Shown here: positions 29,631-39,300 of the stretch, piece by piece | How the letters are laid out: every line of letters starts with the position of its first letter | How positions within the stretch are numbered: the first letter of the stretch is position 1 | Assembly (NCBI GenBank): GCA_965225945.1 | Contig: CBDDBZ010000034.1 | Span: forward strand, 32,001-96,000 | DNA from: Alphaproteobacteria bacterium | GTDB taxonomy: Bacteria; Pseudomonadota; Alphaproteobacteria; GCA-2731375 | Length of the DNA: 64,000 nucleotides | Direction: 5' to 3' | Notes under the pieces: generated by a model | What the model was told of the DNA's origin: nothing | Database searches by the model: none | The model's input: the letters and a program-made list of their open reading frames with translations, nothing else | Translations under genes and position numbers: made by a program

Positions 29631-30233
29631 TCAGGCGGCCTCGGGGCCGATGAGGGCGGCGCGGAAGCGATCCTTCAAATGCGCCCCGTCGCGGGGCGGC
29701 AGGACCAGCGCCAATTCCTCCGCCCTGACCTTGATCACGTGGAACAAGGGGCCGGGGGCGCTTCGGATTCGCGGCAGCGCCGCTTCGAGCGCCGCCTGAT
29801 CGGCGATTCGGCCGGTCTCGGCGAAGCCGAACGCCTGGGCCACGCCCGCCAGGTCGGTGCCGCCCGCCGTATGGGTCGGCTGCATGCCCGTCTCGCCGTA
29901 GCGCTCGTTGTCGAGTACCACGACCGCGAGGTTGGTCGGGTTCTGCGCCGTTACGGTGGCGAGGCCGCCAGCACCCATCAGCGCGTCGCCGTCGCCGGTG
30001 AGCACCAGGACGCGGCGTTCCGGGCGGGCCAGCGCCAGGCCGAGGCCGAGCGAGACCGTGCCGCCCATCGCCCCCCAGAGCGGAAAGGTCAGCGGATGGT
30101 CACCCGCCGCCGCCGCGTCCCAGCTCGCCGCCCCCAGGCCGCTCACCACCAGAAGTTTGCCGCGATCCGCCAGCAGCGCCGCCACCACCTCGCGACGGCG
30201 CAGCGGATAAGCCTTCGCCCGGGCCAGATCCAT
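29631..30233 (-). CDS. TPP-dependent decarboxylase beta subunit (sulfopyruvate/phosphonopyruvate decarboxylase-like)
   Basis: GAMG and TPP motif TGDG..LM...DNERYGETGMQ. Confidence 0.85.
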   Translation of the reverse strand: MDLARAKAYPLRRREVVAALLADRGKLLVVSGLGAASWDAAAAGDHPLTFPLWGAMGGTVSLGLGLALARPERRVLVLTGDGDALMGAGGLATVTAQNPTNLAVVVLDNERYGETGMQPTHTAGGTDLAGVAQAFGFAETGRIADQAALEAALPRIRSAPGPLFHVIKVRAEELALVLPPRDGAHLKDRFRAALIGPEAA

Positions 30234-30236
30234 CGC

Positions 30237-30782
30237 TCAGTTTCCGAAGCTCTTGGCGCCGATCAGGCGCTGGGACAGCAGCACCGCCGCCGCCGCCGGG
30301 CCCTCGAAGGCCATGCGGGCGGCGGCGCGCAGGGTCTCGGCCACCGCCTCGGGCGCCTCGACCGGGAAGGTCAACACGCCGGCGAGCGACAGCACCTGCT
30401 CGGTGATCTGGCCCATCGGCACCTGCCAGGGGTTGGTCTCGCCCCATTGCCCGCGCATGGTCACCACCATCAGTAAGGGAAAGCGGCAGGTCTTGGCGAG
30501 CGAGAGCATGTTGACGCAGTTGCCGACGCCGCTCGATTGCATCAGAAGCGCGCCGCGCTGGCCGCCGAGCCAGGCCCCGGCCAGAAGTGCTATGCCTTCT
30601 TCCTCGGTGGTCAACGGCACCGCGCGGACCTCGTTACTGTCGGCTGAGCGCTCGATCAGCGCCGAGTGACCGCTATCGGGGACATAGGCGACCTGGGCGA
30701 CGTCGAAGTCGCGAAGCACTCGAAAAATCTCGTCCGGCCAGGCGATATCGCCGGCCGGCGAGGACGTCGACGCATCGTTCAT
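30237..30782 (-). CDS. TPP-dependent decarboxylase alpha subunit (ComD-like)
   Basis: YVPD, EEEG, LMQSSGVGN and RGQWGE.NPWQVPMG motifs. Confidence 0.85.
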   Translation of the reverse strand: MNDASTSSPAGDIAWPDEIFRVLRDFDVAQVAYVPDSGHSALIERSADSNEVRAVPLTTEEEGIALLAGAWLGGQRGALLMQSSGVGNCVNMLSLAKTCRFPLLMVVTMRGQWGETNPWQVPMGQITEQVLSLAGVLTFPVEAPEAVAETLRAAARMAFEGPAAAAVLLSQRLIGAKSFGN

Positions 30783-30838
30783 GCCTGGCCTCCGGCGGCG
30801 GAGAGTAAACCCAAGCCTCGCCGAAAGCGACTGACGGG

Positions 30839-32242
30839 TCAGGAAGAAAAGGCGTCTCGTCGTGTCTGCTCGTCCTGCTCGGCGCGGAGCCGCCAGAGGA
30901 GGGAGTCGGCGGGCGTCTCGACGGCGTCATGGGTCAGCACCTCGCCGGCCCGGACATCACGCGTCAGGGACCGGTTCGTGGCCATGAAGAGCGGTATCGG
31001 CCGGTCCGGGCCACCGGGTGTGTAGTCGACCAAGAGCGCTTCGACCCCGTCGATCCGGTGGCGCTTGCCCTCCGCCAGCAGCGTCCCGGCGGGAAGCTCT
31101 CGGGTGGCCCTGGCGACGACGTCACACACCGGGCGTATCAGATCACTACCGGTCGAGCGACCCAGGCGGACCGCCGAGAGGATCGACATCGGCGCCTCCA
31201 CGCCCAATAGGTGCGTCGGGTTGAAGATCAGCGCATGGTCGTGATCATCGCTGACCGGAATGCCTTTTTCGGCGAACAGCTCGCCCGTCTTGCGGTCCGG
31301 CAGGCCGACGACGGCGAAGACGCCGCCGGCAAAGCTGATCTCGTCCGGCCGGCGGAAGCAGTTGAAGACGTCGAGCCGGCCGTGGCCGCCCAAGACTCCA
31401 CCGCTTGCCTCCGGCCGGAAGAGATCCGGCAGCTCGACCGTGCGGGCAATGGCCGCGTGCAGCTCCGGGATGTCGGGCTGGAGGCCGGTGCCGTTGGCGA
31501 TCAGGCAGATCTCGCAAAAATCCGGCGGCGCCCGCCGAGCCATCGCCTCACACGCCGCCGCGCGCGCCGCGACCAACTCCCTCGGCGACGCGGGCGGACC
31601 CGCCCACAGGCGTTCGGCGTCGGCCACCGAAATCGTGATGCCGTCGGAGGTCACGCATCCCGCCTCCAGGTCGATCACGAAATCGTAGGTGCTGGCCTTG
31701 CCGGCGCAGACGATCTCCAGCCCGAGCGCGCGGGCCCAGGAGACGAGGCCCATGGTCAGGCTCGGCTGATCGCCGTCGACCTGAGAGAGCACGAGGCCGG
31801 CCGCCCGCGCGCGCGCCGAGAGTAGCGGGCCGATCACCGCGTCCGTCTCCTTGGTGACCAGGACCAGATGGCGGCCGTTGTCGATGGCCGCGCTGGCGGT
31901 TTCAGCCCCGGTCTCGGCGCTGCCCGTCGCCTCCACCACAACGTCGATCGGCAGCTCGACGGCAACCCGCCAATCGTCGGTGACGACGAGATCGCCGCGC
32001 TCGAAGGCTGCCAGGGCCGCGCGCCGATCGTTCGCGAACGCGACCCGGTTCTCGCTCCAGCCGAGAGCGACGGCCGCGCGCCGCACCCGGTCCGGTTCCT
32101 GGTCGCAAAGCACCTTGAGCGCCAGGCCGTCGATCCGCCGGCTCTGGGCCAGCAGCGTCAGGCCGAACTCGCCGACCCCGATCAAGCCCGCCGTCGCCGG
32201 CGCCGCGTCGCTCGCGGTCGCCAGAAGCGCTTGATAGTTCAT
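30839..32242 (-). CDS. Homoserine-dehydrogenase-like NAD(P)H oxidoreductase with C-terminal SAF domain
   Basis: GLIGVGEFG, VEATG, KETD..IGP, DGDQPS, AGK and P.HLLG.E motifs; SAF-like C-terminus. Confidence 0.8.
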   Translation of the reverse strand: MNYQALLATASDAAPATAGLIGVGEFGLTLLAQSRRIDGLALKVLCDQEPDRVRRAAVALGWSENRVAFANDRRAALAAFERGDLVVTDDWRVAVELPIDVVVEATGSAETGAETASAAIDNGRHLVLVTKETDAVIGPLLSARARAAGLVLSQVDGDQPSLTMGLVSWARALGLEIVCAGKASTYDFVIDLEAGCVTSDGITISVADAERLWAGPPASPRELVAARAAACEAMARRAPPDFCEICLIANGTGLQPDIPELHAAIARTVELPDLFRPEASGGVLGGHGRLDVFNCFRRPDEISFAGGVFAVVGLPDRKTGELFAEKGIPVSDDHDHALIFNPTHLLGVEAPMSILSAVRLGRSTGSDLIRPVCDVVARATRELPAGTLLAEGKRHRIDGVEALLVDYTPGGPDRPIPLFMATNRSLTRDVRAGEVLTHDAVETPADSLLWRLRAEQDEQTRRDAFSS

Positions 32243-32247
32243 GGCGT

Positions 32248-32670
32248 TCACCCTCCGCTCTCGTGCCCCGCCGCCGGCAGCGGACCGACGTCGACGCCGA
32301 GTTCGTCTCCGGCGGCGCGCACGGTCTCGGCCCATTGGCCGCGCATGGTCACCACCAGCAGCAAGGGAAAGCGGCAGGTCTTGGCGAGCGAGAGCATGTT
32401 GACGCAATTGCCGACGCCGCTCGATTGCATCACAAGCGCGCCGCGCTGGCCGCCGAGCCAGGCCCCGGCCAGAAGTGCGATGCCTTCCTCCTCGCTCGCC
32501 AACGGCACCGCGCGAACCTCGTCGCACTCGGCCGAGCGCTCGATCAGCGCTGAGTGACCGCTATCGGGGGCATAGGCGACCTGGACGACGTCGACGTCGC
32601 GAAGCACTCGGAAAATCTCGTCCGGCCAGGCGACATCGCCGGCCGGCGAGGGCGTCGGCGCATCGTTCAT
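32248..32670 (-). pseudogene. Diverged, 3'-truncated duplicate of the TPP decarboxylase alpha subunit
   Basis: Near-identical to 30237-30782 up to MRGQW.ET, then an unrelated tail. About 50 bp of upstream DNA is also homologous. Confidence 0.85.
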
Positions 32671-32887
32671 GCCTGGCCTCCGGCGGCCGATGGTAATGGC
32701 AAGGTTCCCCGAAAGCGACGGCGGACGGCCCGATCACGAGATCAAGGGCGAGCCCGGCCACGCGGCGTGGCCGATCGGGCGCGCGCTGTCCGCATTCGGC
32801 CCGGCCAAGTCTGGGGGACCTCCGAATCTCTCCGGTATATTATCGATAGCCAACAGGCGCGTCGGTGACCCGGAACAGACATCGCGC

Positions 32888-33358
32888 TCAGCGGCCCGCG
32901 GTGCCGCCGCCGTCGATTGTCTGCTCCAGCAGCGGCACGGTTCGCTTTGGATTGGAGCGGTGCTTCAGTTCCACTATTCTGAACCGTACATCGCGAGAAT
33001 TTTTCCCGGTCGTCCGTCGAATCTCCTCGCGCCAGAGGACGCCTTCATAGGCGCCGAGCGACTCGAACCATGGCTCCTTTCCGGTCGAATATTGCACACC
33101 CATCGCGTCCATGGTGTAGGCGACGGTGGCTCCGACGAAGCGGCCACGTAGGCGCATCAAAAATTCCAGGAGGACGATGAGACCGACGCCCAGGCCGCAG
33201 GCCACCAGAAAGCGATCTTCGTAGACTTCGATTCCGTAGACGCCGATGACGACCACCCAGATGCCGAGGACCGCCACTTGAGCGGCCCGCCAAAACGACC
33301 GATCGTGCTTCTTGTGGATCACGATGGGGAGTTCGGCGAACGGGTCGCTGGTCGTCAT
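32888..33358 (-). CDS. Hypothetical membrane protein (two TM segments), possibly 3'-truncated
   Basis: RBS (GAGGGGG), two hydrophobic helices and Y.GVLWRE...VEL.H...TVPL pattern. Confidence 0.55.
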   Translation of the reverse strand: MTTSDPFAELPIVIHKKHDRSFWRAAQVAVLGIWVVVIGVYGIEVYEDRFLVACGLGVGLIVLLEFLMRLRGRFVGATVAYTMDAMGVQYSTGKEPWFESLGAYEGVLWREEIRRTTGKNSRDVRFRIVELKHRSNPKRTVPLLEQTIDGGGTAGR

Positions 33359-33531
33359 GTCGGCTTCCCCCCTCGCGATCCGGCGGCCGACGAGACCTTG
33401 CGGCCGACGAGGTCGCCGGACATCGCCGTCGACCACCGGCGCCCGGCTTCGGTGTATCATCCGTCCCGTGCGTCGGTAACGCGCCCAAAGTGTAGCGAGC
33501 GGGTCGTGCGGAGTCTAAATCGGGAGGCCGA

Positions 33532-33598
33532 GCCCCAGAGCCATATCCGAACGGATCGAACCGGTGCGGTTCGATCCGTTCGGATATGGCTCTGGGGC
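33532..33598. repeat. Perfect palindromic element (32-bp arms, GTG loop)
   Basis: GCCCCAGAGCCATATCCGAACGGATCGAACCG-GTG-exact reverse complement. Core is 47/49 identical to 52579-52627. Confidence 0.92.
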
Positions 33599-34257
33599 GC
33601 GCCGATCTGCTGGAACACGGCCGCGCTGCACCCCGAGCGCGTTGCCGCGATCGCCGCGTGAGCGTCCCCTACCGCCGGCGCCCCCCGGTCTCGCCGCTCG
33701 ATCTCTGGCGCCGGCTCTACGAGGGCAAATTCTTCTACCAGCTCTATTTCCTCCAAGTGGGCGTGGTCGAGGCGGAGCTGGAGGCCGACGTGCGCACGGC
33801 CTTGCGCAAGATCTACTATTCGATTTCGGGCGACGCCGCCTCGCTCGACGGTTGGCTCGACCGGCCGGCGGAGGGCGGACTGTTGGCGGGGATGATCGAC
33901 CCGGACCCGTTCCCGGCCTGGATGACGCCGGCGGACCTCGACTATTTCACCGCCGCCTTCGAGGCCGGCGGCTTTCGCGGGCCCATCAACCGCTACCGCA
34001 ACCAAGCCAAAGATTTCGAGACCCTGCCCGAGATGGGCGCCCGAGCGGTCGAGCAGCCGAGCTGCTTCATCGCCGACGCCGGGGACGTGGTGCGCCGCTT
34101 CGTCCCCGGCCGCGACGGCTATGAGAACATCGACGGCAATTGCACCGATTTCCGCTTCAGCCGAATACTCGACGGCGCCGGCCACCGGGTTCGGCGGGAG
34201 GCGCCGGAGGCGGTCGATACGGCGTTGCTCGAGTTCCTCGCCTCGCCTCGCTCATGA
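33593..34257 (+). pseudogene. Epoxide hydrolase-like alpha/beta hydrolase, 5'-truncated and frameshifted
   Basis: WGAPICWNTAALHPERV (nucleophile elbow lacking its Asp), frameshift at about 33658, then SVPY...FFYQLYF, GFRGPINRYRN and GAGH.V..E.PE.V. Confidence 0.8.
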
Positions 34258-34324
34258 CCGCCCCATGGATCGCGCGGCGCCGAGCCCCTAAGCTCTTGGC
34301 GCGGAACGATTCGGTGGGGCGGAG

Positions 34325-37300
34325 ATGGCGGTTGATATCGCGGCATGGCTGGCGGAGCTCGGTCTGGAGCGATACGCCGAGGCCTTCGCGGAGAACGAGA
34401 TCGATGCCGGCGCGCTGCCGCACCTGAGCGAGGACGACCTCCGGGATATGGGCCTGGCGCTGGGGCCGCGGCGCAAGATCCTGGCGGCCATCGATGGTTT
34501 CGACCCGCAAGCCGAATTTACCCCGCCCGACGCGGCGCCGGCGCCCCCCGAGGCGGAGCGGCGGCAACTGACCGTGCTGTTCGTCGATCTCGTCGGCTCG
34601 ACCGCGCTCTCGCAAGCGCTCGACCCGGAAGATATGCTGGCGGCCATCACCCTCTACCAGAACACAGTCGCCGGCGTGGTGACGCGCTTCGACGGCCATG
34701 TCGCCAAATACATGGGCGACGGCGTGCTGTGTTATTTCGGCTGGCCCCGGGCGCACGAGGACGACGCGGAGCGTGCCGTCCGCGCCGCGCTCGCCGCCGT
34801 CCACGCGTTGCCGGGTCTTTCCGCGCCGAACGGCGAGGCGCTCGCCGCCCGCGCCGGTATCGCCACCGGTCTGGTCGTGGTCGGCGACCTGGTCGGCGAG
34901 GGCGCGGCGCAGGAGGAGGCGGTGGTCGGCGAGACGCCCAACCTCGCCGCCCGGATGCAAGCGCTGGCCGAGCCGGACCAGGTGGTCGTCGCGGAATCGA
35001 CACGGCAATTGCTGGGCAATCTCTTCGAGCTGGCGGATCTCGGCGGCCACGAGCTGAAGGGGTTCACCGGTCCGACGGCGGCCCATGCGGTGCTCGGCGA
35101 ACGCGCGGTCGAGAGCCGCTTCGAGGCCCGCGCCGCCGGCACCGTCGCCCAAATGGTCGGGCGCGATCACGAGCTCGCCCTGATGGGGGAGCGCTGGTCG
35201 CGGGCCCGCGATGGCGAGGGCCAACTGCTGCTGCTCACCGGCGAGGCGGGGATCGGCAAGTCGCGCCTGGTCCGGGCGATGATCGACGCGGTCGCGGAAA
35301 CACCTCACGTCCGCGTCAACCTCCAGTGCTCGCCCTATCACGCCGAATCCAGCCTCTATCCGGCGATCCAGCACATCACCTTCGCCGCCGGAATCGAGGC
35401 CGGCGACAGCGCGGACGAGAAGCTCGACAAGCTGGAAGCGGTGCTGCTGAACGACGACGCCGCCCTCTTCGCCGCCCTGCTGGATATCCCGGCGGAGCAC
35501 CGCTATGGGCCCCTGGAGTTGACCCCGCCGCGGCAGCGGGCGCGGACGCTTCAAGCTTTCGTTGACCAGTTCATCGCGCTATCGGCCACGCAACCGGTAT
35601 TGTTCGTGCTGGAGGACGCGCACTGGATCGACGCCTCCACCCTGGAGCTGCTGGACTTGGCACTCGATCAGGTGGCCACGGCGCCGGTGCTGTTGCTGAT
35701 CACCGCGCGGCCGACCTTCGCCCACGGCTTCGGCGGCCATCCGATCGTCGGCACCCTGGCGCTCAATCGCCTCGGGCGCGATCAAGTCTCGGCCATCGTC
35801 GCCGAGATCACCGGCGGCAAGACGCTGCCCGAGGAGCTGATGGAGGAGATCGCCGCCAAAACCGACGGCGTGCCGCTGTTCGTCGAGGAACTGACCAAGA
35901 CGGTGCTGGAATCGGGCGAGCTCAGGGACCTGGGCGAGCGCTACGAGCTCACCGGGCCGCCCGGCCGCCTCGCCATTCCCGCGACGCTGCACGATTCGCT
36001 GATGGCCCGGCTCGATCGCCTGCAGCCGGTCAAGGAAGTCGCCCAGACCGCCGCCTGCATCGGCCGCCAGTTCGACTATCCGCTGATCGCCCGAATCTCC
36101 CCGCTCGACGGCGTCGCGCTGGGCGAGGCGTTGGAGCAACTGGTCGCCGCCGAGCTGATCTTCCGCCGCGGCGTCGTGCCCGAGGCGAGCTTCACCTTCA
36201 AGCACGCGCTGGTCCGCGATGCCGCCTACGAGAGCCTGCTGCGGTCGCGCCGCCAGGCGATCCACGCCAAGCTGGTCGAGGCGCTGGAGGCCGACGGCGA
36301 GGCGCCCGCGGAGCTGATCGCCCGGCACGCGAGCGAAGCGGGCCTGAAGGAGAAGGCGATCGGGCACTGGAAACGGGCCGGCGCCGCCGCCTCGGCGCGC
36401 CCCGCCTACGAGGAGGCGGCCAGCCACCTCGAGGCCGCGCTCGATCTGGTCGCCCAGATGGACGATCCCGAAGCCTGGCGCGAGCGTGAGCTCGAGCTGT
36501 TGGTGCAGCTCGCGCAGATCCAAATGGCGAAATACGGCTACACCTCGGATGTGGCCGTCAGGACCTTCAAGCGCGCGAGTGCCATGATCGACGCCACCGG
36601 GAACATGGAGCTCCGCGTGGCCATCTATTACGGCATGTGGATCGGACCCTACCTCGGAGCCGATCATGCGTCATGTCTCGAACTCAGCAGCCGCTTCGTC
36701 GACGAGGTCGATCGCCAGGAGACGCCCATTCCGCGGATCATCGCGCACCGTATGCGGGCGGCGACGCTGATCTCCCTCGGGCGATCGGGCGAGGCCTTGG
36801 ATCACCTGGCGATCTCCTTCTCGCTATACCAGGAGCAAAGCGATCCGGATTTCGCCAACCGTTTCGCCCAGGAACCGGGCGTGCAGATCAAATGGCACCA
36901 GTTCCTCGCGCTCTGGATGTGCGGCCGGGTCGACCAGGCGGTCGAGGTCGCGCGGCAAGCCATGGATTCGGCCCGGGAACTCCAGCACGCCAACACCATC
37001 TGCTATGCGGCGCTGCATTGGGTCGTGCTTGCCATGTTGTGCCGCGATTACAAAATGCTCCGCCCGGTCAACGACGAGGCGCTGGCCGTCGCCACCCAAC
37101 ACGGCATGTCCTTGTGGATCGTCTACGGCGCAATGGGCGATCAGTTGGTCCGGAGCCGCGACGGCGACGAGGCCGCCTTGGAACGCATGGAGGCCATGTA
37201 CGCGGAATACCTGGCGAGCGGGGGCGGCCTCTGGATGACGCTCTACCTGGCGGAACAGGCCAAGGAATATCTGCGTTTGGGCCAGATCTCCCGGGCGAGC

Positions 37301-37633
37301 GCCGCCGTCGAGTCGGGGCTGGGTTATGTCGAGTCGGGCGAAGAGCGCTGGGTGGAGTCCGAGCTTCGGCGCATCCAGGGCGAAATTCACCTCGCCCGAG
37401 CGCGAGCGGGGGAGGCGGACGCGTCCTACGCGCGGGCCATCGAGGTCGCGCGGGGCCAGGGCGCCAAGACCTTGGAACTGCGCGCCGCCACCGGTCGTGC
37501 CCGGCTATGGGCGGAGCGCGGCGAGCGGGCCGAGGCGCTGGCACTACTGCAACCGCTTTACGACGGTTTCGCCGAGGGCCACGGCACGGCGGACCTGATC
37601 GAGGCGCTGGCGCTGCTGGAAAGCCTGGCCTGA
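34325..37633 (+). CDS. Adenylate/guanylate cyclase with SAM, AAA ATPase (STAND) and TPR-like domains
   Basis: SAM N-terminus, AERRQLTVLFVDLVGST, GDG, GETPNLAAR, GEAGIGKSRL, EDAHW.D, GVPLFVEE, FKHALVRDAAY and ELRAA motifs; intact 1102 aa. Confidence 0.93.
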   Translation: MAVDIAAWLAELGLERYAEAFAENEIDAGALPHLSEDDLRDMGLALGPRRKILAAIDGFDPQAEFTPPDAAPAPPEAERRQLTVLFVDLVGSTALSQALDPEDMLAAITLYQNTVAGVVTRFDGHVAKYMGDGVLCYFGWPRAHEDDAERAVRAALAAVHALPGLSAPNGEALAARAGIATGLVVVGDLVGEGAAQEEAVVGETPNLAARMQALAEPDQVVVAESTRQLLGNLFELADLGGHELKGFTGPTAAHAVLGERAVESRFEARAAGTVAQMVGRDHELALMGERWSRARDGEGQLLLLTGEAGIGKSRLVRAMIDAVAETPHVRVNLQCSPYHAESSLYPAIQHITFAAGIEAGDSADEKLDKLEAVLLNDDAALFAALLDIPAEHRYGPLELTPPRQRARTLQAFVDQFIALSATQPVLFVLEDAHWIDASTLELLDLALDQVATAPVLLLITARPTFAHGFGGHPIVGTLALNRLGRDQVSAIVAEITGGKTLPEELMEEIAAKTDGVPLFVEELTKTVLESGELRDLGERYELTGPPGRLAIPATLHDSLMARLDRLQPVKEVAQTAACIGRQFDYPLIARISPLDGVALGEALEQLVAAELIFRRGVVPEASFTFKHALVRDAAYESLLRSRRQAIHAKLVEALEADGEAPAELIARHASEAGLKEKAIGHWKRAGAAASARPAYEEAASHLEAALDLVAQMDDPEAWRERELELLVQLAQIQMAKYGYTSDVAVRTFKRASAMIDATGNMELRVAIYYGMWIGPYLGADHASCLELSSRFVDEVDRQETPIPRIIAHRMRAATLISLGRSGEALDHLAISFSLYQEQSDPDFANRFAQEPGVQIKWHQFLALWMCGRVDQAVEVARQAMDSARELQHANTICYAALHWVVLAMLCRDYKMLRPVNDEALAVATQHGMSLWIVYGAMGDQLVRSRDGDEAALERMEAMYAEYLASGGGLWMTLYLAEQAKEYLRLGQISRASAAVESGLGYVESGEERWVESELRRIQGEIHLARARAGEADASYARAIEVARGQGAKTLELRAATGRARLWAERGERAEALALLQPLYDGFAEGHGTADLIEALALLESLA

Positions 37634-37675
37634 AGCGCGGGCTTGCGAAACGACTCATCGACTTCTTCGCTTCTC

Positions 37676-37794
37676 GACGTCATCGCGAACGAGCGAAGCG
37701 AGTGTGGCGATCCAGCAGGCCTCGATGCCGCGCAAAAACCTCGAAGCGCCGGGCACGAGGCCCTGGGTCGCCACGCTTCGCTCGCGACGACGTC
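37676..37794. repeat. Intergenic REP/RPE-like imperfect palindrome
   Basis: GACGTCATCGCGA..GAGCGAAGCG..GTGGCGATCCAG pairs with CTGGGTCGCCACGCTTCGCTCGCGACGACGTC; lies between convergent genes. Confidence 0.7.
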
Positions 37795-37852
37795 TCGTGT
37801 GGACGATGGGTCCGGTCATGGGTCCGCTGGCCTGAGGCTCAGGCACCCGGCG

Positions 37853-38155
37853 TCAGACCTCGCGGCGCAGCAGCACGCTCTCGACGGTGGGGAACTGGCG
37901 GATCCGCTGGGCGATGTGGTCGGCCTGGGCGGCCTCGAGGCCGTCCACCGTCAGCTCGATTCTGATATCTTCCGCGCCCGCCTCCGAGGTCACCCGGGCG
38001 GGGATGAGACCGCGGAGCACGAAGAGCTCCACCACGCGGGAGAGCACGGAGGGCTCGCGCACCGCGCGGACGGCGAAATGGGCCCGTGCCGGCGACGATT
38101 CAGCCAGCGACGAGGGGTCCGGTTGGGCTCGGTCTGATTGGGCTTGTAGGGACAT
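37853..38155 (-). CDS. Small ACT-domain-like protein
   Basis: F.V.A..EPSVLSRVVELF..RGLIP...QFPTVESV pattern. Confidence 0.7.
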   Translation of the reverse strand: MSLQAQSDRAQPDPSSLAESSPARAHFAVRAVREPSVLSRVVELFVLRGLIPARVTSEAGAEDIRIELTVDGLEAAQADHIAQRIRQFPTVESVLLRREV

Positions 38156-38357
38156 CGATTAAGACTCTCGATCGAGGAAGAAACGGGAAGGCGACGGTCG
38201 CGCCGCCAGTCATTCCGATCACGCGCGCGTGATCGGGCCCGTAATTCGCGCGCTGCCGACGCTCGGCCGCGCAATCCTCGTCGATTGCCTTTTCATGAAG
38301 CGAACTATACAGCAAATGACGCGGCGATGAAAGCCCTTGAGAAAGCTATCGAGGCGA

Positions 38358-39296
38358 TCAGCCGCCCGTGGCGTGGTCTCGATACCACTCGGCGACCTCG
38401 CCCGCGCAGGCTTGCCAGACGCGATCGTAGCCGGACAAGCGCGCCAACGCCTCGTCGAGGTAGCGAATGCGGTGCGCCTGGCCCAGGAGCCAGGGGTGCA
38501 CGCCGAGGGTGAAGACGCTGCCCGACGGGCTCGCCTCCTCGTGCAGGTAGTCGAAGGCCTCGAGCACCACGTCGCGCCAGCGGGGCGGCGCGACGCGGCG
38601 GATCGCCATCAGTTGCGTGTCGTCCCATTGGGCCTGATTGGGCATGGAAATCAGCGGTCGGCCGAGCTTCATGGCATAGGGCTGATCGTCGTTCGGCCAA
38701 TCGGCGAGGTAGGAGAGACCGGCCTCGCCGAGCAGTCGGGGTGTCAGGGCCGATTGGTTGAAATCCTGCCCGAACCAGCCCCTGGGCCGGGCGCCGGCCG
38801 TGGCCTCCACGGTGCCCAAGGCGTCCTCGATGGTCGCGCGTTCCTCGTCCTCGCTCATCCGGCTGGTGATCATCCGCGTCGCCGCCGTGCCGTGGGCGGC
38901 GATCTCGAAGCCGCGTTTCGTGCATTCCTCGATCAAGCTCGGATAGCGCTCGCACACCATGGCGTTGGCGGCGACCGTCGCCTTGATGGCGTGGCGATCG
39001 AGGGCGTCGAGGACGCGGAAGACGCCGATCCTGTTGCCGTGTTCGCGGCGCGAATAGTTTACATAGTCGGGGAAATGGCTGCCCAGTGCGCCGCCGTAGC
39101 GGGGATCGCGCACCGTGCCTTCGGGCGGATCGAGCTCGAGGTATTCGAGATAGAGGTAGACGCAGAAGGCAATCCGGGCGCCCTCCGGCCAGGCCATGGG
39201 CGATCGCTTCGGCAGCGGTACGTAGTCGAAATGGTCGTGGTCGTAGCCCGCGCCGGCGCGGTATCGGATCGTTTGGCCGGGTTTTTCTCGCCCCAT
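38358..39296 (-). CDS. Polysaccharide deacetylase family protein (PuuE-like)
   Basis: WPEGARIA, EHGNRIGVFR, EIAAHG, RPRGW.G, DWPNDDQP and HPWLLGQ.HR motifs. Confidence 0.85.
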   Translation of the reverse strand: MGREKPGQTIRYRAGAGYDHDHFDYVPLPKRSPMAWPEGARIAFCVYLYLEYLELDPPEGTVRDPRYGGALGSHFPDYVNYSRREHGNRIGVFRVLDALDRHAIKATVAANAMVCERYPSLIEECTKRGFEIAAHGTAATRMITSRMSEDEERATIEDALGTVEATAGARPRGWFGQDFNQSALTPRLLGEAGLSYLADWPNDDQPYAMKLGRPLISMPNQAQWDDTQLMAIRRVAPPRWRDVVLEAFDYLHEEASPSGSVFTLGVHPWLLGQAHRIRYLDEALARLSGYDRVWQACAGEVAEWYRDHATGG

Positions 39297-39300
39297 GACG

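Noticed and set aside
30434-32720. Duplicated decarboxylase segment as a DGR TR/VR pair
   Set aside because: Differences are not restricted to adenines, and no RT is present.
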